Shown piece after piece: positions 24,001-34,900 of a stretch of DNA of 64,000 bases. The stretch comes from Oikopleura dioica. Its lineage: Eukaryota; Animalia; Chordata. Each line of letters starts with the position of its first letter. Position 1 is the stretch's first letter. The stretch spans positions 8,432,001 to 8,496,000 of the forward strand of contig OU015568.1 of assembly GCA_907165135.1 (NCBI GenBank). The letters run 5' to 3'. The notes under the pieces were generated by a model, which was not told where the DNA came from, searched no databases, and saw only the letters and a list, made by a program, of their open reading frames with translations. A program made the translations under genes and the position numbers.

Positions 24001-27000
24001 CTGAATGATCTCGTGCTTTCCGCTGGGCATGATCTGGGTTCCTTGCTTGTAGAAGGTCACAACTGGGGTAGGAACACCAGCGACTTCAACGTAAAATTCA
24101 GCATCTTCGCTCAAATCAGCTCCAGCATCAGAGAGTTCTCGGACAAAACTGGCGGGTTCTTCCTTGGCCTGGACGTTCAAGAAAGCAGTAGCAACTTGAG
24201 TTCCGGTTTTGAAAGAATATTCACCAGAGTCGTTAATGTCGAGTTCCTTGACAATAAGCTTGTGGTAAGTTCGGTCGACAACGTAGTTGTATTTGGCTTC
24301 TTCGATGTTGACCTGGATTCCGTTGTGGAACCAGTTACCTTCGGCACCTTCCTTGTTGACCTGGAATTCGATCTCGGCGTAGTTCTTATCCAAAGAAGCG
24401 GCAACTTCGATGTTAGTGGAAGATACAAATTTGACTTCAGCAACTTCGACGAAGAGAACAGCGGTCGACTCAGTTGAGCCAACATGGCAGGTGTAAGAAC
24501 CAGCATCTTCAACGCAGACATTCTTGATGGTCAAGAAACTCTTCTTGCCCTCCATTCGGGATTGATACTTAGCATTAGGCTTAATGCGGACATTATCACG
24601 AGTCCAGAAGACAGTTGCGTTGGAAGTGGTTGTGACGGAGAAAGTAGCGTCTTCGCCCTCATTCTGAACGCAGTCAACAGCATCTTCCATGATTTCAGCG
24701 GCATTGACTTGGAGATTAGCAGCAACAGATTCATCAGCAGCAAGGAAGACGATCTCGCACTTATCCCGAACAGTACAGTTGTGAATGAGAAGCTTGTAGG
24801 AAAGTCCCTGGACAATGATCTCGTATTTATCGTCGGAAACATCGATCTCAACTCCGTCTCGGAACCAATGAGTTTCGAGGTCGGATTTGGTAACTTCGCA
24901 TTCAAAAACAGCGGTTTCGCCTTCAGCAACACTGGTGTCCTTGAAGTTCTTGGGGATGATGTAAGCGACCTCGACAAACAAATTAGCAGAGGACTGAATG
25001 TTCTGACAGGCGTAAGTGTAAACACCCTCGTCTTCTGGTCCAGCTTCGGCGATGATCAAAGATCGGACAACGCCTTCGGTGATTGACTTGACTCGGTCAG
25101 AATCAGCGATTGGCTGACCATCCTTGAACCAAGCGCCGGGAACATCGGCAGTAAGCTCAATCTGGAAGACAACGTTTTCCTTGTTCTTGACCTGAACATC
25201 CTGGAGTCCATGCTTGAACTCGACATTGGGAGTTGGGACAGCAACAAGAAGCTCACAAGCAGTCGATTTTCCACCGGCAGAGAAGGAGTAAACACCGGCA
25301 TCTTCTGGAACGACATTGTTGAGGTAGAGAGCTTGAACCTTTTCGTCGATGAAAACTTGAACTCGCTCATCCTCCATCTTGATAGGAACATCGTTCTTGC
25401 ACCAAGTACCAACAACATTGACATGAGAGAGAAGCGTCTCGAAGAGAACTTCTCCAGACAACTCAACCTGCTGATCTCTGAGTGGTTCAAGGACATTGAT
25501 CTCGACGATGCCGAATTCACACTCAGTGACTTGGTTGCCAGCGACAAAGGCGTAAACACCAGCGTCGTTGGAGTTGACATTTCGAATAACGAGCTCCTTA
25601 AATCCTCCTTGTGGCTGAGCGTAGCTCATTCGAGAGTCGAACTGAAGCTCGGCGCCATTCTTCATCCATTTACCATTAGTGTAGGACTCTGGTTCGATGA
25701 CGACAGCCAGGACAGCCTGCTCGCCTTCAACAGCCTCAGAAGGCTGAAGACCCTGGACGATTCGGACAGCATCTTGGATAGCGAGAGAAGCAGAAGTCTG
25801 AGCGCCATCAACAACGAAGGAGTAGACACCGATATCTTCTTCAGTGGCATCTTCAATGATGAGCATCTGTCGTTGATTTTCAGCAATAGCAAGAAGTCTG
25901 TCAGAGACCTGAATTTCCTCGCCATCTTTGAACCATTTTCCGTCAGAAGTTTCATCGGTGAGAAGACAATCGAACGTAACAACCTCACCAGCGAGAACAG
26001 ACTGATCTCGGAGCTGTTCAGAGATCTCAAGTTTCGCCTGGTTGACGGTAAGAGTAGCAGCGGCTCGGTCGCCAGCATACACGTACTCGTAAATTCCTTC
26101 GTCGACCTTCTTCAAGTTCTGAATAGTAAGTCGTCGTCGTCCACCGCCGATATCCTCGACAAAGTGTTTGTCAGAAACTGCGATCTCGACTCCATCCTTC
26201 ATCCAGATACCTTCGACATCTTTGTGAGAGACAACAATCTCGAATCGAGCGGTCATGTCAGAAGACCATTCCTGGGATCGAGGGCCTTCCAAGATCTTTC
26301 GCTTGATTTCGTTGACAGTAACGATGCAAGTAGAGAGTTCTTCGCCTCCTCGGTTGGAGACACGAGCAGCGTACTGACCTTCATCCTGAGCATTGACCTT
26401 GAAGATATACAATTCGCAAGTGCTGTTGTCGACAAACTTCCAGTATCGTCGGGTATCCATGGACAACTCCACACCATTATGGAACCACTGGAGCTCGGGC
26501 ATTGGCGAGCCAAAGAATCGAACTCGAATAGTAGCGTCAGTGTCAGAGTCGAACTTGATGTCCTTGAGCTTTTCAGTGATAACTGGTGGCTGGAACAAAT
26601 CGTTTTCGGTATCCTTAGCCTTGATATCAGAGAAATCAGGGATTTCGACCTGAAGAGCGTGGCTAGGAAGATCAGGCTGGCCCATAGGGGACGGAGTTTC
26701 TTCGGGAGTCTCCCAGTGCTCAAGTTCTCGCTTGGTTTTCTTGAGAAGTTCCTCCTGATCCTTTTGGTCGAAATGATCAGGCTTCTTTTGCACGGTAACT
26801 CGAGCAGCAGTCATCTGATGCTCCTCGGTCTTGACCTTGTGGAACTTTTCACGAAGTTCTGGGTCATAAGCAGCCGATGGTCGGCTTTTTGTAGGAGAAG
26901 CATTCATGGAAGTTCTTCGAAGTTGCACTTCTTCTACAATTGACGTGTTAAGACGGTGTGTAAATTAATCAAAATATTGATTAGCACCCATGGTTAGTGT

Positions 27001-30000
27001 TAAGTTAGTGATAACGAGTGCCGGTGGATGACGAATTATGTCACTTTGTCATGAGGAAAGTGGGGTTTCTTCTGGAAGAAGTACTCCATGAACTTTTGGC
27101 TATGACTTTTGATTGATTTGACGTGATAATTAGGTCTTGTTTATAGGTTGATCTAAATGAGGATGTTGCTAATGAGTCTCCTGATGAGTAAATACTGATT
27201 CTTATTACCTAAAGTCAAGGAAGGGGAAGCGGTACGTGTTATTTTGGCAGGTTTTAGCTTTTGTCTGGCAGTGAAAAGCTCTTGTTCATATTTCCATTTG
27301 TTAGTGGTTACTGCAGCTCCAGTAAAGGCGGCTTTGGCCTTTGATGTTTTAGTATTTAAGTTTTTCTTCGGCTGAATCACTTCATAAAAGTCATGACTAC
27401 CCGGAATCGGCGTGGTCGAACTGGTCATCGACTCAGTCTCGAGCGAGTCAGACAATAAAGAAGTGTTGCCAGATAAAACCTCGACGTGGTTTTGGTTTTT
27501 ATTCTGGCTCTTTCCAGCAAGCTGCAAATCTTGTTGGAAGTACTCAAGCAAACTGACGTCCGAGTTATTCAAATTCGCATCACTCACGCTAGAACTCATT
27601 CGCTTTGACTTTTTGTACTCACCAAGCTCAGCAGTTCGCTTTTCAGTATCAACCTTTCGGTCAATTCGCATCGCTCGAAGAGCAGAGTCTGGAGAAGAGC
27701 TATCGACACGCTTGAGGTTCGATCGGAGGTCTCCAAGAGGTTCAACATCAACGCAACAGCTGGCCTGAGCCTGGCCGATTTTGTTGATAGCAACAGCAAC
27801 GAGTGACCCAGTATCGTAAGCTCGTGCAGGGTTGATTTCCAAATGATGAAGTCCGTCGTTCCAGAGGGTGAATCGCTTGGACTTTCGGATCTGCTGACCA
27901 TTGAGGTACCACTCAACCTTTGGCTGGGGATTTCCAGTGCATCGCACCTTGAATCGCATAGGCTGTCCTTCGTTAGTCTTGCAATCATCTGGGATAGAAA
28001 CAATCTGTGGAGCAAACTGAGCATCATCATCGCCCTTCGTTGGTGATCGAGCGTATGGTGGAGACTCAGAATCAGCTCGGGAGTTCTTCTCGCGCTCAGC
28101 AATGAGCTGCATAGCTCGTCCCTCAGCGGCAGCAAAGGTAGTGCCTCTATCTTCCTTGACAATCAAAGTTGCTGAAGATTCAGCAGCACCATGCGCGTTA
28201 GTAACGCGGCAGGTGATCACACCGGTATCGCGAGGGTAGCAATGAGTGACAGTGAGGCTGGTGTAGCCAAACTCGAACATAGTCTGGATTCGATTGGCAT
28301 TTTCAAGTGGCTTGCCTTCAAGAAGCCACTGTACTTTCATAGTTGGATCACCAATAGGTGTAACTCGGCACTCAAAAGTAGCTTCGCCGAGAGTCTTCGT
28401 CTTGATGTTGGAGATCTTTTTCTTGAAAACTGGTTTTTGTTTCTTGCTCTTATCGAACAGATCAGCTTCGTCGAAGTCCTCAGGAGCCTGAGTAAGCTTG
28501 CCAGTGTGGCGACCAGGGCTCGCATCGGCCTTCTTCTTGAGCCCCTTTCGAGAGGACTGGAATTTTCGTCCAGTTGCAGCGTCCTGCTTCTTCTCATCGG
28601 CAGAAACGGTGATCTTGCATCGGCACAAATCTCGACCAGCTCGATTGATAGCGGTGGCAGTATACCAACCATCATGAGCCTTGGTTGCAGCATCAATAGT
28701 GAGTAAACCATGGCCATCGACACCTTCGAACTGGTAGTTGGTATGCTTCTCGGGAATCAAAAGCTGATTATCCTTGAGCCAGCAAATATCGGGAGTTGGT
28801 CGACCAACAGCAAAGACAGCTAGTCGAACAGATTCTCCAGCGTTGACTTTAGTAGAAACTGGCTTCTCAAGAATCTGTGGTCGCTGAGCTTCCTCAGATG
28901 GGAGGACGGTAATCTTAGCATTAGAGACAGCTTTTCCACCGACATTGGCAGCAACAACAGTGTATTCACCAGAATCAGCTTCTGTAACGCTATCGAAAAT
29001 AAGAGATTCGACACCGTTCTCCTTGATAATAATTCGGTGAGTGTCGTCTTCCTGAACTGGCTCGCCATTCTTCAGCCAAGTGATTTGTGCTGGAGGTCGG
29101 CCAGTCACGCGAATATTAATTCGAGTCGCCTTGCCTTCAGTAATTTCTTGATTGACGGCCTTGACGAGAAAAACAGGCTTGTAGACTTTGCTCATGTCAG
29201 CGGGGTCGAGAGTGGAGAGACGACCCTGTCCTGGAGAGGCAGCTCGTTTAGGTGAGCCAGACATTGAACGAAGTCTTGGCGAGGGGGATCTTGTTCCAAG
29301 TGGGGTTCCACCACTCTTGATGCCAACGCCTTTCTTGATATTCTTGAGATTCTCTCGGCGACCACGAGAGTCAAGTTCATCAGATGACTCAGCAGTAGTG
29401 TAGTCAGTAAGACCAGTGGGGACTTCGCCACCCTTGCGCATAAATGCAGCATAGTGTTCAGAAGAAAGGAAGAAAACGGAATGAGTGCTTTTTCCAAATT
29501 GGTTTGCAGCGACAGCAACGTATTCGCCGGCATCTTCGGGGAAGACCATGTTGAGAGTAAGAGTAGACTTGCATTTTTTCTCGTCTTCTTCAACCTTGAC
29601 TCGGTATCCACCGATGATTGGCTTGCCATCGCGCTCCCAAAATACGTGAGCGCCGGGAGCAACAGCCTCGAAAATCTGAGTTGCGCCCTCCTGGAGGAGA
29701 ACGCATCGGTCAGGGATGGTAGAGAATCGTGGAGCACCAGATGCTGGTGGCAAAGCAGCTGGAACTGGGCTAGCGGCGACGGGGCTGGTGGCCGCGAGTC
29801 GCTGCTCAGCTTGAGTCACGATTTCCATGGCTTCTTCGAGGACTTGTTCGGGGCTTTGATGGTGTCGGACGGGGGAAGCAGGAGATTGAAGACCCTCTGC
29901 GCCCTCGTGGACAGGGGAAAGAACATCAGTTCGCTTAACAATAACGGATTCATCATCTGGATCAGAAGTAGCAGTTCCAGATTCATTTGCAGACTCGTTG

Positions 30001-31504
30001 GCGGACTCTTCGTAGACTTGTTCAAATTGGTCACGTTCGCACTGCGAGGTTGACTTAACGCCTAACAAGCAGGTGCTGGAAGAGGTACCCATCTGGTTGC
30101 TAGCGGAAATAGTGAATTTTCCAGCATCATCAGGATAGCAGTTTCGAATAACCAATTGTGCAATACCGTCTTCGAATGAAACTTGGTAGTCCTCGCAGTT
30201 GTCAATAAGTGCGCCTTCTCGGTACCACTTGATCTCTGGCTCGGGCCATGCAGCAATGTGAGCCTGGAGAATAGCAACATCGCCTTCAATGACGTCAACA
30301 TCCTCTGGTGGCATTTCAAATCGAGGAGCGAATGGCTCTTGTGGCTCGTCTTCAACTGGAGCATTATCCTCGGGCTCAGGAGTAGCAGGAAGAGAATCAA
30401 CTTCAACAAGCTCTTCGTTTCCGGCTTCTTCTTCGTCGTCAATGTCAACCTGCTCGAACTCGGATTCATAGTTGCTAGTTGCATAGTTAGTACGTCGTTC
30501 CTCGGAAGCTTCTCGACTTCGTGGGCCAGAGGGAGCAGTGACATGTCGAACAACTCCACCACCTGGATTGAACTTGGCACCATACAAGATTTGCTGATTG
30601 CTAGTTCGATCGATGTTGATGTCGACCTTCTTGGAGGAAGAGATTTGGTGAATTTTGCCGGTGGTAGACTTGACGGATCGGAAACCCTGAATCTCTCGCT
30701 TCTTTCCAAGTGGGGAAGAAACTTCGATCTGGGGCTTTTTGATCAAATCAAGAGCGGTTGGTTTTCGGGGAACTTGAGGAGAGATCTTGGTCATGGAGCC
30801 AATTTGTTCGACAGAGCTGGCTTCGGTTTCAGTAAAACATTCGGCTTCAGTACAAGATTCGGCAACGGTTTCGTATTCGGTTTCGGCGGAAGACTCAACC
30901 TTGGTTTTCTTGACTTTCTTGACCTTTTTGAGACCAGTTTCGGCGGACATAAAGACCTTGGCGAACATGTTTTGCTGAGCAGATGGCTGGAAGCCGGCGA
31001 TTTTCTTGGAAGAGGCAGAGGCGGACTTTTTGACGGCTTTAACGGAGGTGGAAGATTCCGTTACAGTAGTCTTTTGAACACTTTTCTGGGTGGATTGGTG
31101 GACAGCGTATTCTTCGTCAGAGGAAGCGGCTTCAACGAAAAGGCTTGCAGTGGAAGTAGCCTTGCCGGAAGCATTGCTTGCAGTGACGGTGAAAACACCG
31201 CTGTCTTCGGGGTAGGGGGAAGTGATTGAGAGGGTGTGTCGGTTGCCGGACGAAGAGATTACAAAGTCGCCCCCATTCTGGATCGCGGCACCTTCACGGA
31301 ACCAGGCAATGACGGCATCGTTGTCATTTACCGTGACTTAAATTTGATTTACTATTTGAGATAATTTATTTCACAAAAAATTTTTTCATCGCCAAAAACA
31401 ACATTTTATCTTTTACGTTTTTTTTTCTTACCTGAAAGTTCGACGGGCTCTCCTTGCCTAGTGGCAACATTCTGTAAACGCTCCGTAAAATCTGGAGCAA
31501 CCAT
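1..31504 (-). CDS. TTN: Titin (connectin), 5' portion: Z-disc Ig domains, proximal tandem Ig, N2A, short PEVK, distal tandem Ig, I/A-junction Fn3-Ig; continues beyond window start
   Basis: Hand-built core exons: 31504-31432, 31336-27623, 26933-23820, 20307-20161, 19750-17898, 17853-17700, PEVK micro-exons, 16184-15637, 15592-15403, 14827-14666, 14628-13960, 13826-6998, 5774-5374, 5330-2897, 2067-549, 504-1. All introns are GT-AG and in frame once four single-base homopolymer deletions are allowed. Dozens of I-set Ig repeats followed by Fn3/Ig. Titin-specific motifs recognised from recalled vertebrate titin: VRHVTAP, WYLNGQQIRKSKRF, EELLKKTKRELEHW, and the N2A motif DVDPKEYEKY..FGVKDFRHLL. Confidence 0.95.
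5998..6245 (-). other. TTN: Two titin micro-exons (6245-6213, 33 nt; 6024-5998, 27 nt) in the 1.2-kb intron of the distal Ig region
   Basis: Boundaries are TAG|GAAAAG...AAGG|GTAATT and TAG|GATTTG...CCTC|GTAAGT. Both are phase 1-1 and encode GKDGKPLEKPK and GFAPPPPPP in frame with the flanking exons. Confidence 0.7.
16579..17336 (-). other. TTN: Array of four symmetric (phase 1-1) PEVK micro-exons: 17336-17271 (66 nt), 17087-17034 (54 nt), 16775-16722 (54 nt), 16635-16579 (57 nt)
   Basis: Each has an AG acceptor, a GTAAG/GTAAA donor and a length divisible by 3. They encode VPPKPKVVEVPKPQSPVQIDEP, AREEIPKPKEIKKVESAR, VPSPEPIIEIKKEKPVER and VNRVSPEPEVLSETPQKSK. Confidence 0.8.
17700..18620 (-). 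other. TTN: Titin N2A element (I80-like Ig, UN2A unique sequence, I81-like Ig)
   Basis: GDPKPEIQWYKGKWGKLSAVGRI then MLRDVDPKEYEKYANHFGVKDFRHLL then EPVDILQDI..FEAEIRINVPNVDVKWFK. These match the vertebrate I80 (GDPIPNVKWTKGKW), UN2A (LLKNVDPKEYEKYARMYGITDFRGLL) and I81 sequences as recalled. Confidence 0.88.
20748..21155 (-). CDS. 135-aa orphan ORF nested in a titin intron
   Basis: ATG-to-stop ORF with protein-like charged composition (EEECRKKERQK, DTDDDG). An in-frame TAA lies immediately before the ATG. No recognised family. Confidence 0.3.
   Translation of the reverse strand: MKTVISRFIRNIFLSIKRTKRKMTEEECRKKERQKSFQQKYRLTQRFIEDSIKGNATNLEIARRELRNAQLGHNSVIENEDLTRKNLLSDSEVFLDTDDDGMDTISEITIDFGGRNTRNEFEIGKDSFGKHFVDL
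21226..23353 (-). other. TTN: Large alternative titin exon (~2.08 kb): unique Ser/Lys-rich sequence + one Ig + acidic/Ser-rich sequence (N2B- or novex-3-like)
   Basis: Phase-1 acceptor at 23353 compatible with the 23820 donor. ORFs 22659-23342 and 21226-22704 join with one extra A near 22736-22747. Contains Ig KPAFLQPLRN..FTVIAENEAGSATNEC. Phase-1 GTGAGC donor at 21275, or stop at 21226. Confidence 0.6.
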
Positions 31505-31993
31505 AGTCGTTACGATCCCTCTAAAATCTTCTGTTATCTATCTCTGTTAAACAAAATCGGTACAAAATCTCACCGTAATATTCGTTATTTGAGGGTTTCG
31601 TAGGGTCGGGAGCGACTAATTTCAAACTGGTCAAGGCGTTCAAGATTTTTGACTTTGGAAGAGTCAGCTGCCGTGGAGGACCATTACTCGACGAGAGACA
31701 GATTATCAGCCGCGCCTTAGGAGTCAGCCCATTGAATATCCCAGTGCATGCACAAAAGATCCCTATCAAAGTACCTAACCTGCGTTTGCATCGCTTTGAT
31801 ATTGACTCTCAAACACACACTTTGTTTACAATTGTTGGATATTTATTCATAGGTTTTTCTATTTTACAGACTATTTGTCACTGTGGTTTTATTGTCAAAA
31901 TTGGTCGAGAAGTCAGAAGGAGTAGTTGGAAAATTGTACATGTTTACACTTTGTTGTTGGTTGATTCAGAAATTGAATGAAGACTTATTTTTC

Positions 31994-34900
31994 TTAGAAG
32001 GAAGTATTGTCGACGGAGATGAAGATTTCGAGACCAGGCAGAGGGTTTTGCAGATCGCGCCGGATGGTGTCTACGTTGTCAGAAAGAATTCCAATCACGT
32101 CATCGTCAAGAGTGCTGATGCCCTTGATGACAAGGTTGTAACTTCCGGAATGGAGGGTGTTGAACTAAAAATATCAATTTTTCAAGTGATTTTTTCGAAA
32201 ATTCTTACTTTATCCTTTGAAACAAGAAGAGTAGCATGAGTTTGATGCTGAACAATCTTGAAGATTCCTTTTCCATTGCCGCTTTCCACGTGATACCGGA
32301 CATTTTGCTTGAGAGGTGAGTGAGAAGGAACGAGCTCCAGAAGCTTCATGAAGCGAGTTGGTTCGTTGAGGTAATCAGCTCGAGTCAGATCGATCTATTT
32401 TAAAATATGAGTAATCCTTTTTTTCTAGTGAATTCTTTGTTACCTCAATTGGTACACCTTCGATGATTGCGGCTTGTGGATCCATGCTGTCAACGATAGT
32501 CGTGATGTTCTTCTCAACATCTCGTCTGTATCGTTTAGCATGACGTCTGCTGTGGCAAGATCCACCGTAGCATCGTCGTTCTCCGCCAATGACTCGAGCA
32601 GTTGCTGGGCCTCGTCCGGCAGGCTTACCCGCGTTCCAGCCCTAAAAAATAATAATTAATTTAGATTTTCTGACAGGTTCTCTTACCCGATGGTAGCCAG
32701 GCTGAGTAAAGCTACGCTGAGTTGAAATACAGTAGCCATTTCCAGCTTTGTAAGAGTCAGGTCCACAAGTGCACGAGTAGTTTCCATCTTCGTTATCACA
32801 ACCGTTTGAGCAAGTTCCACCGTTGATCTGGCATTCATCTACATCGGAGCAGCCTTGGCCTGCATCTCGGTAGCCACTTATCTTTTAATAGTTATCAAAA
32901 GAACTGGAAGCTTACGCTCTGCAGTTGCACTGGAATGATCCGCGGAAGTTGTTGCAGACTTGGCCAGCGCCGCAAGGAGAAGAGTTACATTCATTGACAT
33001 CGACACATCTTCCTCGGAAGTGCATGTAACCAGGTGGGCATTGTTGCGGGCATCGGAATCCTCCAGGGGTGTTGAAACAGCCAGTTGGGCAGCCATATCC
33101 TAAGAATCGTAAAGCTGGCTTGACGCTATTTTGTTAACTTACGTGATTGACATTCGTTGAGATCAACGCATTCATCACCACTATCGTTGAGTCTATACCC
33201 GCGCTTGCAAATACAGTGGAACGAGCCAGGGTCATTAACACAGATACCGCGTGGACCACAAATGTTAAATTGCTCATCGCACTTTGGTAAACGCATTAAA
33301 CACATGTATTTTAGTCACTAACTCCCACCTCGTTTCGATCAACACAAGCATTGTTGCGCTTTTTGTAACCCATTGGACATTCGCACTCGTACGATCCGAT
33401 GGTATTGGTGCAAATGTATTGACAATTGTTGTTCTTTGTCCTAGAAAATGGGCAATTTCAAATCGGCTTTTGCGAAAGAAAGGCTTACTTGCACTCGTCG
33501 AGATCTACGCAAACATTGTCAATCATTTCGTAACCCTCTGGACAAATGCAATCGTAATCGCCATCGGTATTTCTGCACATAGCTGGTGATGGACATTTAT
33601 GGGCGTCGGTAGCGCACTCATCAATATCTACAAACTCAATAAAAATCTCCTTCCATCATGCTTATCATACCAATGCACTTGGTGCCAGTTTCGTCGATGG
33701 TGTAGCCTGGGTCGCACTCACAAGTAAAGCCTGGTTGATTGTTCACACAAATACCATTCTTAATTATATTTTTATCAAATAGTTTTGAGGAATAACTCAC
33801 CTCGCAAGCGTTCGGCACAACATCACAGTCATTGATTACATTTCCATTCTTGTCATATCCGATTCCAGCTGGGCAGAGTTCTCGGAAAGCGGCTGAGTCC
33901 TTATCGGGACACGATCTGCATTCGACGGCGTTGTACTTTTGAGCTCGTCCATCGCCCCAGCCAGCACCATGTCCAGAGCAGCAGCATTCATCAAATCGAA
34001 CAGCGGCGGAAGACATTGTTGCGGATGTCTGGAGGCACATTCCAGAGACCTTTGTTGTGTAGCACATAAATTCACGAGAATCTTAAAATATTATTTTCGG
34101 TTGAAATCTGCAGGTCAAATTTACCATCACACTTGGTCATATCATTGTTGGCCACAAATCCAGGTTTGCATTTGCACCAGTAACCTCCACCGTTTGGCTT
34201 ATTGATACAGGTTCCATTGTCGCAAAGGTCTGCGTTTTCAGCACATTCGTCAATATCTATTTTTCATAAGTCAAGGAAACTAAGAAAGAAAATCTACCTT
34301 GGCATTGATCAGTGACAGGATTTCGTCGCATTCCATTTGGACATTGGCAGACGTAGTACCCGACAAAATTCTTGCAGACTTGACCCTTGAGGGCACATGG
34401 ATCAGGGTTTCTGAAAAGAGGATAACTGCAAATGAAAAAATAACTTGATATTACTGAGCGCATTCGTTGATATCCTTGCAGTGTCGACCGTCTGGTTTGA
34501 GTTCGTAGCCAGATGGACAGAGGCAAGAGTACTTTCCATTTTGTGGTGTTTCGTTCTTGCATCGGTATGCACACTGATGAGCACCAGTAGCACATTCATC
34601 GATATCTAAATTTTGCACTTTAAACAATTTATAGGATTTTAATACCTTGGCAGGATCCGTTAGGGCCGGTTGGTGCATATCCATCGTCGCATTCACAAGT
34701 GAAACCACCTTCGTCATTGAAGCATTCGCCTCGACCGCAGGGATTAACGAGAGCACTGCATTCATCAGTATCTTAAACTTGTTAGCACTTTGTTGTTTCT
34801 TGATTCAAGCTTACCGACACAAGTGGTGCCATCAGCATCGAGATGATATCCCTTGCCACAGTCGCATTTGTAGCTGCTATCTGTATTGACGCAAGTTCCG

